Assembly: GCA_963663405.2 (NCBI GenBank)
Contig: CAXXSM010000076.1
Span: forward strand, 32,001 to 96,000
Direction: 5' to 3'
DNA from: a bacterium
GTDB taxonomy: Bacteria; Hinthialibacterota; Hinthialibacteria; Hinthialibacterales; Hinthialibacteraceae
DNA length: 64,000 bases
Numbering within the stretch: position 1 is the first letter of the stretch; each line of letters starts with the position of its first letter. The notes below the pieces were generated by a model. It saw only the letters and a program-made list of their open reading frames with translations, searched no databases and was not told where the DNA came from. Of the stretch, positions 23,811 through 33,001 are shown piece after piece. The translations under genes were made by a program, and so were the position numbers.

Positions 23811-24714
23811 CTTCATTCGGCTTCTCTCCGCCGTTCTTATCTTCTGCATAGCGGCGGCGCCCAGCCTCCCGCAGGACAAGGAGGATTCCAATCCCCCCCA
23901 AGCGGGGGAGGATGTAGAAATCTCAGTCCGAACGGAAGGGCCGGTTCCAGAAATCGTTCACGCGGGAGAACCGTTTACGTGGAGCATTGTCATTCGGTGG
24001 TACGGCGGTCTCGAAGGAATCGATCCTCAATTTGAAAAAACACCGGAGTTTGAAGGTGTTAAAATTTTGACACCTTCGACGACTCTCCGAACCGGTTCGG
24101 AAAACAACCGCCGGTATGCGGAAAAGATCTTCTCCTATAATCTAATGGCCGAGAGCCAAGGTGAAGCTGTTCTCGGTTCGGCGGCGATCCGTTATTCTCC
24201 CGGTGAAGACAAAGCGGACTCGTATTTAACCACCTCCCCCACTGTCGTTGAAATTCATCCTCCCCTTTTCTCACTCTCTAAATTCCTCGGCGGTCTCATA
24301 CGAAATCCGTTATTCCAAGGTTTCGTAATTCTTCTCTTAATTATTGGACTCAGCGTTACTCTCATTCTCCGGAATCGTTCAAAAAAAGCCATGAGTAATA
24401 AAACGCCGGTGGAAGAAAAAAAACCTTGCGAAGAAGCCTTGGAAAACGCTCATCGTTTCCGGGTGGACGGAAAAACCGGCGATTTTGTCAAAATGCTGGA
24501 AAAAGCGGCGCGGCTCGCATTGTCCGAACGCTTCCCGGAAGAGAATCCCACTCATGTGGAAGGCTACCTTGACTGCCTCGAAGGCAGTCAGCGCAATGTA
24601 TTGATCCGCTTTCTCCAGAACTGTGAAGAAGTGAAATATACCCCCGTACATCCCTCTCCCGATTTGTTAAACCGGATGGAGGATGATGTCAAACGACTGC
24701 TGAAAACCGAGTAA
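23788..24714 (+). CDS. BatD-like exported beta-domain protein with TM anchor
   Basis: Signal peptide, beta-sandwich-like domain, TM and C-terminal CE.VKY helical domain resembling BatD/DUF4381 tails. Confidence 0.6.
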   Translation: MRTLRIHNFIRLLSAVLIFCIAAAPSLPQDKEDSNPPQAGEDVEISVRTEGPVPEIVHAGEPFTWSIVIRWYGGLEGIDPQFEKTPEFEGVKILTPSTTLRTGSENNRRYAEKIFSYNLMAESQGEAVLGSAAIRYSPGEDKADSYLTTSPTVVEIHPPLFSLSKFLGGLIRNPLFQGFVILLLIIGLSVTLILRNRSKKAMSNKTPVEEKKPCEEALENAHRFRVDGKTGDFVKMLEKAARLALSERFPEENPTHVEGYLDCLEGSQRNVLIRFLQNCEEVKYTPVHPSPDLLNRMEDDVKRLLKTE

Positions 24715-24780
24715 TGAATACAAACAGCGATTGCGATCGCTGATCGTTACATACGAATTTATTTTAGGAGGTTCGAATCC

Positions 24781-25785
24781 GTGGTTGACGTTTCCACCTC
24801 GAATCAGGATATCCAGCAACTTTCGGAACGTATCCGTGAAGAAAGTTCATTCATCGGCCCGCTGATCGAACAGATCGAGAAAATTATTGTCGGACAGCGG
24901 TACATGGTTGAGCGCTTATTGATCGGCATGCTCAGCGGCGGACATGTGCTCTTGGAAGGGGTGCCCGGTTTGGCGAAAACGCTGACGGTTTCCACCCTCG
25001 CGAAAACGATGCGCGCATCTTTCCAACGCATTCAGTTCACGCCCGACCTGCTCCCAGCGGATTTGATCGGAACGATGATCTACAATCAGCGCACAGGAGA
25101 ATTCGCGCCTAAAAAAGGACCGATCTTCGCCAATATCATTCTGGCGGACGAAATCAACCGTGCTCCCGCGAAAGTCCAAAGCGCTCTGCTGGAATCAATG
25201 CAGGAAAGACAGGTGACCATTGGGGACGCCACCTATCCTCTAGAGGCGCCGTTCCTGGTTTTGGCGACACAAAACCCGATCGAGCAGGAAGGAACTTATC
25301 CCCTTCCCGAAGCGCAGGTCGACCGGTTCATGCTGAAACTGAATGTCACCTATCCCACAAAAGCCGAAGAACGGACAATCCTCGACCGGATGACAGGCGA
25401 TCTGCCAGCAGAGCCGGAAACCATTCTAGAACCGGAACAGGTTTTGCGCGCACAAGACGTTGTACGGCAAGTCTACATCGACGACAAAGTCCGGGATTAT
25501 ATCGTCGATGTCGTCTTCGCGACACGCGAGCCGAAAGTCTATGGGCTGGAATTGGATGAATTGATCGAATACGGCGCGTCCCCCCGCGCGACGATTTATC
25601 TCACCATCGCCGCCAAAGCCCACGCGTTCCTGCGGGGGCGGGGGTACGTCACACCCGAAGATGTCAAATCAATCGGGATGGATGTGCTGCGCCATCGGGT
25701 CATTCTCAGCTATGAAGCGGAAGCGGAAGAGATGACGCCGGAGCAGGTCATTCAACGCGTGTTCGACTGCGTCGAGGTACCCTAA
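24781..25785 (+). CDS. moxR: MoxR-family AAA+ ATPase
   Basis: LLEGVPGLAKT, RIQFTPDLLPAD, DEINRAPAKVQSALLE and GASPRA; AGGAGG RBS. Confidence 0.97.
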   Translation: MVDVSTSNQDIQQLSERIREESSFIGPLIEQIEKIIVGQRYMVERLLIGMLSGGHVLLEGVPGLAKTLTVSTLAKTMRASFQRIQFTPDLLPADLIGTMIYNQRTGEFAPKKGPIFANIILADEINRAPAKVQSALLESMQERQVTIGDATYPLEAPFLVLATQNPIEQEGTYPLPEAQVDRFMLKLNVTYPTKAEERTILDRMTGDLPAEPETILEPEQVLRAQDVVRQVYIDDKVRDYIVDVVFATREPKVYGLELDELIEYGASPRATIYLTIAAKAHAFLRGRGYVTPEDVKSIGMDVLRHRVILSYEAEAEEMTPEQVIQRVFDCVEVP

Positions 25786-25805
25786 TCGTTTCACGGCGAA
25801 TACCC

Positions 25806-26708
25806 ATGAGCGAAAATCCACTTGTCAGCGTCGTTGTTCGCACCTTCAATCGTCCGGACCGGTTGAAGGAGTGTCTGGTCTGCCTGCAGAACCAGCGCTA
25901 CCGCCCGTTTGAGGTGATCGCTGTCAACGACGCCGGTGTGGATGTGGAAACAATCGTCTCCAATGGATTGCAGGGAATCCCGTATCAATATATATGCAAT
26001 CCGGAGAACCTGGGCCGGACAGCGGGTTTGAATATCGGAGTGGAAGCGGCGGCGGGAGATTACGTCTGTTTTGTGGACGATGATGACGGAGTGTATCCGA
26101 ATCATCTCAATCTTCTGGTCAACACGGCCATGCCGGACCGCTTGCCCGTCGTCTATTCTGATGTGCTGAATGTCACATACGAAAAAAATCCGGAAACCCA
26201 GGAATGGACACGCGCCAAGGAGCAATTGGTCTATTCATTCGATTTCGAACAAGATAACTTTCTATTGGCGAATTACATCCCGATTACGTGCCTGTTGATT
26301 CGCCGCGATTGTTTCGACGCTGTGGGACCATTCGATGAATCACTTTTAGTGTATGAAGATTGGGAATTTTTGATCCGGCTGTCCCGGAAATTCCCGTTTC
26401 AACATATACGCGCAATCACCGGGGAATACCGGCGCAGAGACGACAATTCAAACATTCTCGAACGGGATCGCTATCAAGCGAACGAAGCAGTTGTTAAACG
26501 CCGGTACCGGAATGGCCGGGACGCGATCTTCGACAAAATATTTAAACAAATTTTCCAACAGCGGCGGGAGATCCAGCAGCGGGCGGGCCAATTTGATGAC
26601 GCGATGAAACAAGCCGGACGCCTGCAGTCGCAACTGGCGGAAGCGCATACAGTCATCGCGCGGATGCGGCAGGAGATTTCCCGCTTGAAGACGGAACAGG
26701 CTTCATGA
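25806..26708 (+). CDS. GT2-family glycosyltransferase with C-terminal coiled coil
   Basis: LVSVVVRTFNR, EVIAVND, FVDDDD and FDE.L..YEDWE motifs; ATGA overlap with the next gene. Confidence 0.92.
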   Translation: MSENPLVSVVVRTFNRPDRLKECLVCLQNQRYRPFEVIAVNDAGVDVETIVSNGLQGIPYQYICNPENLGRTAGLNIGVEAAAGDYVCFVDDDDGVYPNHLNLLVNTAMPDRLPVVYSDVLNVTYEKNPETQEWTRAKEQLVYSFDFEQDNFLLANYIPITCLLIRRDCFDAVGPFDESLLVYEDWEFLIRLSRKFPFQHIRAITGEYRRRDDNSNILERDRYQANEAVVKRRYRNGRDAIFDKIFKQIFQQRREIQQRAGQFDDAMKQAGRLQSQLAEAHTVIARMRQEISRLKTEQAS

Positions 26709-27581
26709 TACCACGTGAATTAATCAAAAAAATCCGGCGGATCGAAATCCGCACCAACCGCATGGTAAACGACGTGCTGGCGGGTGAATACCACTCCGTC
26801 TTCAAAGGGCAGGGAGTGGAATTCGAAGAGGTCCGGGAATATCAAGCCGGTGACGATATCCGCACGATCGATTGGAATGTCACCGCCCGCATGGGAGAAC
26901 CCTTCGTCAAGCGTTACCGCGAAGAACGCGAGCTGACCGTCATGCTCGTTGTGGACGCTTCTTCCTCCGGCATGTTTGGCACCGCCGAGAAAATGAAAAG
27001 TGATCTCGCAACCGAACTTTCAGCGTTATTGGCGTTCTCCGCCATTAAAAACAACGACCGCGTCGGGCTGATGCTCTTCACCAACCAGGTGGAAAAATTA
27101 ATCCTCACCCAAAAAAGGGAAAAAACATGTGCTCCGTCTGATCCGCGAACTCCTGACATTCGAATCGTCGGGCGGCAGCACGGATATCCGGGCCGCGCTG
27201 GAATACATGGGCAAAATCCTCAATCGGAAAAGTGTCGTCTTTTTGATATCGGATTTCATGAGCGGCGGATATGAAGAAGCGTTGCGCATCACGAACAAGA
27301 AACACGATCTCGTAACGGTCAGCGTCACCGATCCAAGGGAAGTGGAAATGCCGCCGATCGGTTTTCTCGAATTGGAAGATGCGGAAACAGGCGAAACAAT
27401 CGTTATCGACACTTATGACGTTCGCGTACGGAATCAGTTTTCCGAGATCGCGTCCTTGGATACGGAGCGGCTGGTCAAAGAATTCAAACGGATGAAAGTG
27501 GATCACGTGCCCTTGCGCACCGACCAGCCTTACATCGATCCACTGATCCGTTTCTTCCAGCAACGCGCCAGCCGGTATTGA
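26705..27581 (+). CDS. DUF58 protein (MoxR-associated); +1 frameshift at about 27103-27110 (likely sequencing error)
   Basis: G.EFEEVREYQ.GDDIRTIDWNVTAR and ISDF motifs split over two frames. Removing one base restores I.PKKGKKHVLR. Confidence 0.92.
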
Positions 27582-27665
27582 TTACAAAACAGAATCAAAC
27601 CGCCGCCCTGCGGCGGATAAAATGAATTAAAGGAATTGAAGAATCAATACAATCGGGGATTGATT

Positions 27666-28946
27666 ATGAAAGATATCTTTTTATCGACGGCGATCATTCT
27701 TTTGCTGATAACCATTCTGGTCCTTCAATTATTGTTCGGAGGCGGGGGAGAATCCGCTCCGGCTATCTTTCCTGAACAAATCCGTCAATTCGCGGCCACG
27801 TTAAAAAACCAAGACCTCCACGAACAAGCGATTCAAGAATACGAACGCTACTTGGCCGTAGCCCAGATTCCAGATGAATTGCGGGCGAATATTCTATTCA
27901 CCATTGGGACAACCTATCTCGACGATCTGGCCGATTATGAAGACGCGCTGGCTACGTTCCTTAAAATCAGCACATTCTATCCCAAAGCTACTGTCGCCCG
28001 TGAAGCCGAAAAACGGATGATCAAATGCTACGACGCCATGAAACGCGGTTTCGACGCGCAGAAGAAATTGCAAAAACTGACCGACCTCGAACCAGACGAA
28101 GAAGAGCAGGGCAGTGGTCCGGTCGTGGCGAAAATCGGGAACCGGGAAATCCGGATGGATCAGATCGAACGCGAAATCGCCCAGATGCCGGAATACGCCC
28201 GTCAGCAATTCACCACCCCCGAAAAGAAATTTGAATATCTCCGCTCCAAAGTGTTCCAAGAATTGCTCTATGACGCGGCTCTGCGCAAGGAATATGACCA
28301 AGATAAAGATGTCCGGAAAAGCGTCCGTGAGTTTGAAAAGAACCTGCTCGCCAGCAAGATCTACAATGAGCAAGTGCGCAGCAAGGTCCAAGTGACCGAA
28401 AACGATATCGACCTATACTATAAAGCCCATCCAGAGGAATTCTCCGATCCGGAAAGCCTCCAAATCGCGCACATCCAAGTCGATTCCCTCGAAAAAGCGC
28501 AGGAGGTGAAAGCGGTGTTAGACGCGGGAAAATCATTTGAAGACGCCGTTAAAGAATTCTCGACCGACGAAAACACCAAAGCAAAAGGCGGCGATCTGGG
28601 AACCCTTCGCAAAGGTATGAATTTCATCACCGGCATCGGCCAGGCGCCCAAAATCGCGGAAGCGTTATTCGCGCTTGACGAAGGGGCGGTCAGCGCCCCG
28701 CTCGAAAGCGCTAAAGGCGCGCATATCTTCAAAATCAAAAAACGCATCCCCGAAACGATCAAGCCGTTGGATCAGGTTCGCAAAACAGTCGAAGCGAAGA
28801 TGGCTCAAATCCGCGAAAAGGAACAGCAGGAACAATTACTCGAACAGATGCTCAAAGCGGAAAACGTCAAACTGTACGAACGCGCGTTCCAATCCGCGCA
28901 ACCCCGTGTCAATCCATCGGATCCTAATGAGGGCAATAAAGAATGA
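27666..28946 (+). CDS. Membrane-anchored TPR plus PpiC/parvulin-type peptidyl-prolyl isomerase
   Basis: N-terminal TM, TPR region, and AHIQV..F...V..FS.D..TK.KGGDLG..P.ES..G.HI parvulin motifs. Confidence 0.9.
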   Translation: MKDIFLSTAIILLLITILVLQLLFGGGGESAPAIFPEQIRQFAATLKNQDLHEQAIQEYERYLAVAQIPDELRANILFTIGTTYLDDLADYEDALATFLKISTFYPKATVAREAEKRMIKCYDAMKRGFDAQKKLQKLTDLEPDEEEQGSGPVVAKIGNREIRMDQIEREIAQMPEYARQQFTTPEKKFEYLRSKVFQELLYDAALRKEYDQDKDVRKSVREFEKNLLASKIYNEQVRSKVQVTENDIDLYYKAHPEEFSDPESLQIAHIQVDSLEKAQEVKAVLDAGKSFEDAVKEFSTDENTKAKGGDLGTLRKGMNFITGIGQAPKIAEALFALDEGAVSAPLESAKGAHIFKIKKRIPETIKPLDQVRKTVEAKMAQIREKEQQEQLLEQMLKAENVKLYERAFQSAQPRVNPSDPNEGNKE

Positions 28947-29980
28947 ATGCAAGAAATCAGTGGACAGCCTGTGTCATCTCTGTGATGATTGTTCTTCTGA
29001 GCGGCGCGTCAGACGCGCAGGATAAGATCCCCGTATCCCTTTATCCCACAGTGGACGCGCAAGTGGATCGAAATGAAATCCTGATTGGAGACGTGATCCA
29101 ATTAACCCTGACGATCACCCACGATCCAACGGTGGAGATCGTGGAACGGGGAAAGAACTTTAATCTGGGTCAATTCGAAATCAAGGATATTTTGCCGGGC
29201 GAAACAACGACATTACCGGACGGCAAGATTCAACGGACGGATATTTATAAACTTTCGACGTACTTCACCGGCGATTTTGAAATTCCCCCGTTCGATCTGA
29301 CATTTAAAACCGCTGATGAAAAAACAGGGAGTTTCAGCACCAGCCCGATCAAAGTGCACGTCCGCAGCCTGACCGACGAAGAAGCGGAGGACCTGGATAT
29401 CCGCGACATCAAAAAACCCTGGCTCCTGACGGGCGCGAGCCGTTTATGGATCGTACTCACAGCAGCGGGAGGTTTGCTGCTGATACTACTCGCCGCGTAC
29501 TTCTTATGGCGGTACTACAAAACGAGAAAAGTTGAAGTTCTCTTGGAGCCCCCGCTGCCCGCCCATGAACGCGCGTATAAATCCCTGGAAGCCCTGCGCG
29601 AACGGACCGATTTAATCGAAGGCCGTCAATTCAAACTCTTCTCGATTTTAGTCAGCGAAATCTTACGGGTATACATCCATCAGCGATGGGGGATCATGGC
29701 GATGGACTTCACGACGGAAGAAATCATGGATTCGCTGAACGAATTGGACTTAAATCCCCCGATCCGGGATCGCTTCCAGGAATTCTTCGATGGCTGCGAT
29801 TTGATGAAATTCGCCAAACACGAACCCGCAGACACAATCTTTGAGAATTTAATTGATATCGCGAAACACATTGTGGATGATACACGAGAAGAACCCGTCA
29901 TCGCGTCAACCAACAACGCCCCGCAGCCGGAGCGATCGGAACTGCCCGTGGATGAATCCAAGGAAAATGGGGAGGTATAA
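28943..29980 (+). CDS. Bat-cluster membrane protein (BatD-like N-domain / DUF4381-like)
   Basis: Signal peptide, I.IGD, DIRDIK, TM and TT.EI...DLMKFAK tail; sits between DUF58 and BatA. Confidence 0.75.
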   Translation: MNARNQWTACVISVMIVLLSGASDAQDKIPVSLYPTVDAQVDRNEILIGDVIQLTLTITHDPTVEIVERGKNFNLGQFEIKDILPGETTTLPDGKIQRTDIYKLSTYFTGDFEIPPFDLTFKTADEKTGSFSTSPIKVHVRSLTDEEAEDLDIRDIKKPWLLTGASRLWIVLTAAGGLLLILLAAYFLWRYYKTRKVEVLLEPPLPAHERAYKSLEALRERTDLIEGRQFKLFSILVSEILRVYIHQRWGIMAMDFTTEEIMDSLNELDLNPPIRDRFQEFFDGCDLMKFAKHEPADTIFENLIDIAKHIVDDTREEPVIASTNNAPQPERSELPVDESKENGEV

Positions 29981-29985
29981 ACAGC

Positions 29986-31059
29986 ATGTTTAGTTCTCTC
30001 ATACATTTACTGAACACCCCCATCACCCTCCCCTTTGGAGAGATGCGTCTTGCGTATCCGGTGTTTCTAGTTTTTCTATTGATTGCGCCGGTTCTGTTTT
30101 GGCGGTATATGCATAAACGGTTCGCCGCTCCTTTGGTGTATTCCGACATCAGCCGGATCAAAAAAATCTTCAATGTCTCCACGATGCGGATTCCATGGAC
30201 GCATAAGGTCCGGGATCTTCTGTTTGTAATTCGTCTGGCCGCTTTATCGCTCTTCATCCTGGCTCTGGCGCGCCCCCAGGCGGAACTGATCACAAGCGAT
30301 ATCTATACGGAAGGCGTAGACATCATGCTGACGGTGGATATCTCCGGCAGTATGAACTTCATCGACCTGGACGTCAACAAACAACGCACCCGGCTCGAAG
30401 TGACCAAAGAAGCGGTGAAAGCGTTCGTCGATGGCCGCAAGAACGACCGCATCGGAATGATGGTCTTCGCGTCAGACGCGTTTCTGCAATGTCCGCTCAC
30501 GGTCGATTATGGCATCGTGAAAAATTTCCTCGACGAAACACATATCGGCTTAATCCCCGAGCAAAGCACAGCCATCGGCGTCGCGATCGCGTCGTCGTTG
30601 AACCGCTTGCGTCACACAGAAGCGAAAAGCAAGGTCATCATTCTCCTGACAGACGGAGCCAACAACACAGGCCAGATTGATCCATTCACCGCCGCGGACA
30701 TGGCGCGGGCGTTGGATATCAAAATTTACACGATCGGTGTCGGTGGAAGAGGCGCGCCCTATATCCTGCAGAATGATATTTTCGGCAAGCGGCTGGTTCA
30801 ATATCCCAACGCCGAACGTGTCGATGAAGACTCGCTGCGCAAGATCGCCAATACCACCAGCGGGAAATACTTCCGCGCCACAAACGCGGATGGATTGAAG
30901 GAGATCTTCAAAGAAATCGACTCGTTGGAAAAAACAGAGATCATTTCGGAAGGGCATCGTCAGTTCCGGGAACTGTTCGCTTATCTCCTGGTTCCGGCGT
31001 TGCTTTTATTATTGTTTGAAGTACTGCTATCACAAACACGGTTTCGGAAACTGCCATGA
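29986..31059 (+). CDS. batA: VWA-domain protein BatA
   Basis: ALARPQ, MIDAS DISGS, DRIG..F...PLT.DY, ILLTDG.NN.G and GKYFRA motifs. Confidence 0.9.
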   Translation: MFSSLIHLLNTPITLPFGEMRLAYPVFLVFLLIAPVLFWRYMHKRFAAPLVYSDISRIKKIFNVSTMRIPWTHKVRDLLFVIRLAALSLFILALARPQAELITSDIYTEGVDIMLTVDISGSMNFIDLDVNKQRTRLEVTKEAVKAFVDGRKNDRIGMMVFASDAFLQCPLTVDYGIVKNFLDETHIGLIPEQSTAIGVAIASSLNRLRHTEAKSKVIILLTDGANNTGQIDPFTAADMARALDIKIYTIGVGGRGAPYILQNDIFGKRLVQYPNAERVDEDSLRKIANTTSGKYFRATNADGLKEIFKEIDSLEKTEIISEGHRQFRELFAYLLVPALLLLLFEVLLSQTRFRKLP

Positions 31060-32126
31060 GATTTGGATCACCAGAAATACTCAACGCGCTTTGGCTCCTG
31101 CTCCCGCTGTTCTTCTTTTTACGCTGGGCTTGGAAGGCCCGTCTGAAGGCGCTCCAGCGGTTTGGGAATCTGGAGCTGATTGAAAAATTAATGCGTAGTG
31201 TCAGCCGCGAAAAACAACGGCTCAAATTGGTCTTGATCTTTTTCGTCTTCGCCTTCTCTCTTTTTGCGCTGGCGCAGCCGAAATGGGGCCAGAAAGAGTT
31301 CGAAATTGTCTCCCGCGGCAGCGACGTCATCATCGCGCTCGATGTCTCGCGCAGCATGTTGGCCGAAGATATCAAACCCAACCGCCTTGCCAAAGCGAAG
31401 CAGGAAATTCTCTCCCTGATCGATCACATGCGGGGCAACCGTATCGGTCTTATCATCTTCGCCGGAGACGCCTTCGTACAATGTCCATTAACTCTGGACT
31501 ACGCCGCCGCCAAGCTGTTGTTGCGGGAAGTGGAAGTCGGATCGGTTCCTGTGCCCGGCACTGCGATCGGCTCCGCCATCGACAAGGCGATCGCATCCTA
31601 TCCCCAAGGTGACCGCGAATCCCGCGTGCTTATTCTCATCACCGATGGGGAAGATACGGTCAGCGATCCACTGAAAGCGGTGGAACGGGCGGAAGAGGAA
31701 AACGTCTTGATCTACACCATCGGCATCGGCGATTCGGCGGGTGTGCCGATCCCCATCCGGAATGAAGATGGAAACGTGGAAGAATATGTGACGGATGGAT
31801 CGGGAAAAGCCCACTCCAGCAAACTCGATGAAGAAACACTCCGAACCATCGCCCTGACCACAGGTGGCGCTTATCACGGTGTCCGGTCGGCGTTCAAACT
31901 GATCGAAATTTACGAACATATGGAACAACGGAGACAGGCGCGGTATCTCGAATCACGGTTCATTTCCCAGTTTGAGGAACGGTACCAGTTTTTCCTGTTC
32001 CCGGCGTTGGTCTTACTCTTAATCGAGATGCTGCTCACGGATCGTAAGAAGATCAAACCAAAGATTACCGTCCAAGAAAAATCCGTGGAATTACAAGAAC
32101 GCGCAGGCGCGCAGCCCGTGGAATAA
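31056..32126 (+). CDS. batB: VWA-domain protein BatB
   Basis: ALAQPKWG, LDVSRSMLAEDIKPNRL, ITDGED and G.PIP motifs; ATGA overlap with batA. Confidence 0.9.
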   Translation: MRFGSPEILNALWLLLPLFFFLRWAWKARLKALQRFGNLELIEKLMRSVSREKQRLKLVLIFFVFAFSLFALAQPKWGQKEFEIVSRGSDVIIALDVSRSMLAEDIKPNRLAKAKQEILSLIDHMRGNRIGLIIFAGDAFVQCPLTLDYAAAKLLLREVEVGSVPVPGTAIGSAIDKAIASYPQGDRESRVLILITDGEDTVSDPLKAVERAEEENVLIYTIGIGDSAGVPIPIRNEDGNVEEYVTDGSGKAHSSKLDEETLRTIALTTGGAYHGVRSAFKLIEIYEHMEQRRQARYLESRFISQFEERYQFFLFPALVLLLIEMLLTDRKKIKPKITVQEKSVELQERAGAQPVE

Positions 32127-32164
32127 AACGGCGTGGCCGTTTAAAAAAAGGAGGCGACGGTTCA

Positions 32165-32986
32165 ATGAAAATACATGCAACATCCCCGCTCGGATTTTTC
32201 CTGATCGCGGTTCTCGCGTCCACCCAAATCGGATGGATCAATCCCCTCCGGGAAAAAGTGGAAGCCGCCAATCAATTATTCGAACAAGGCGAATTCGAAA
32301 CGGCCATCCAGCGGTATACCGACATCGCCGCCACCTATGCGCCCGAATCCGATGAAATGCACTTCAACATCGGCGCGGCGTGGTACCGGCAGGAAAATTA
32401 CGAAAAGGCGATCGAAGAATACACGTCCGCGACCGCCGCGTCTGATGTGAATCTGGCGGCGCAGGCGCATTACGGCATTGGCAATTGCAAATTCAAAATG
32501 GAAGACTACGCCGGCGCGATTGAATCTTACATCAACGCTCTCAATCTGGTTCCCGAAGACGAAGACGCAAAATACAATCTGGAAGTCGCCCGCCGTAAAT
32601 TGAAAGACCAGATGGATAAATCCAAAGACCAACAGCAGCAACAACAACAGCAACAGCAGCAGCAGCAACAGGACCAACAACAACAAAACCAACAAAATCA
32701 AGACGAACAACAAGACCAACAGCAACAACAACAGCCTCAAGAACAAGAAGGGGAAGAGGAACAAGATCAACAAGAACAACAACAGCCCCAAGAACAACAA
32801 GAAGAAGACGAACAAGACCAGCAAAAACAACAGCAAGCGCAACAACAGGAACAACCCCAAAAGGAAATGACGAAAGAACAGGCGATGCAGCTCTTGAAAA
32901 GTCTCGAAGATGACGAACAAGACAAACGCCGGGAATACAAACAGCAACCCTCCCAAGGTACCCGGCGAACCAGTAAAGACTGGTAA
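32165..32986 (+). CDS. batC: TPR protein BatC with Gln/Glu-rich linker
   Basis: TPRs, AKYNLE.A, poly-Q region and C-terminal KDW. Confidence 0.88.
   Translation: MKIHATSPLGFFLIAVLASTQIGWINPLREKVEAANQLFEQGEFETAIQRYTDIAATYAPESDEMHFNIGAAWYRQENYEKAIEEYTSATAASDVNLAAQAHYGIGNCKFKMEDYAGAIESYINALNLVPEDEDAKYNLEVARRKLKDQMDKSKDQQQQQQQQQQQQQQDQQQQNQQNQDEQQDQQQQQQPQEQEGEEEQDQQEQQQPQEQQEEDEQDQQKQQQAQQQEQPQKEMTKEQAMQLLKSLEDDEQDKRREYKQQPSQGTRRTSKDW
32630..32860 (+). repeat. CAA/CAG low-complexity poly-Gln tract in batC
   Basis: Direct reading of CAA/CAG/GAA codon runs. Confidence 0.9.
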
Positions 32987-33001
32987 GGAGAAGAGACGAT
33001 T

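Noticed and set aside
27108-27126. A-AAA-AAG slippery sequence at the DUF58 frameshift as programmed -1 frameshifting
   Set aside because: Joining the two ORFs needs a +1 shift, and the sequence simply encodes the conserved PKKGKKH.
32630-32860. Poly-Gln tract as a novelty
   Set aside because: A low-complexity Q/E/K linker is typical of BatC-type proteins.
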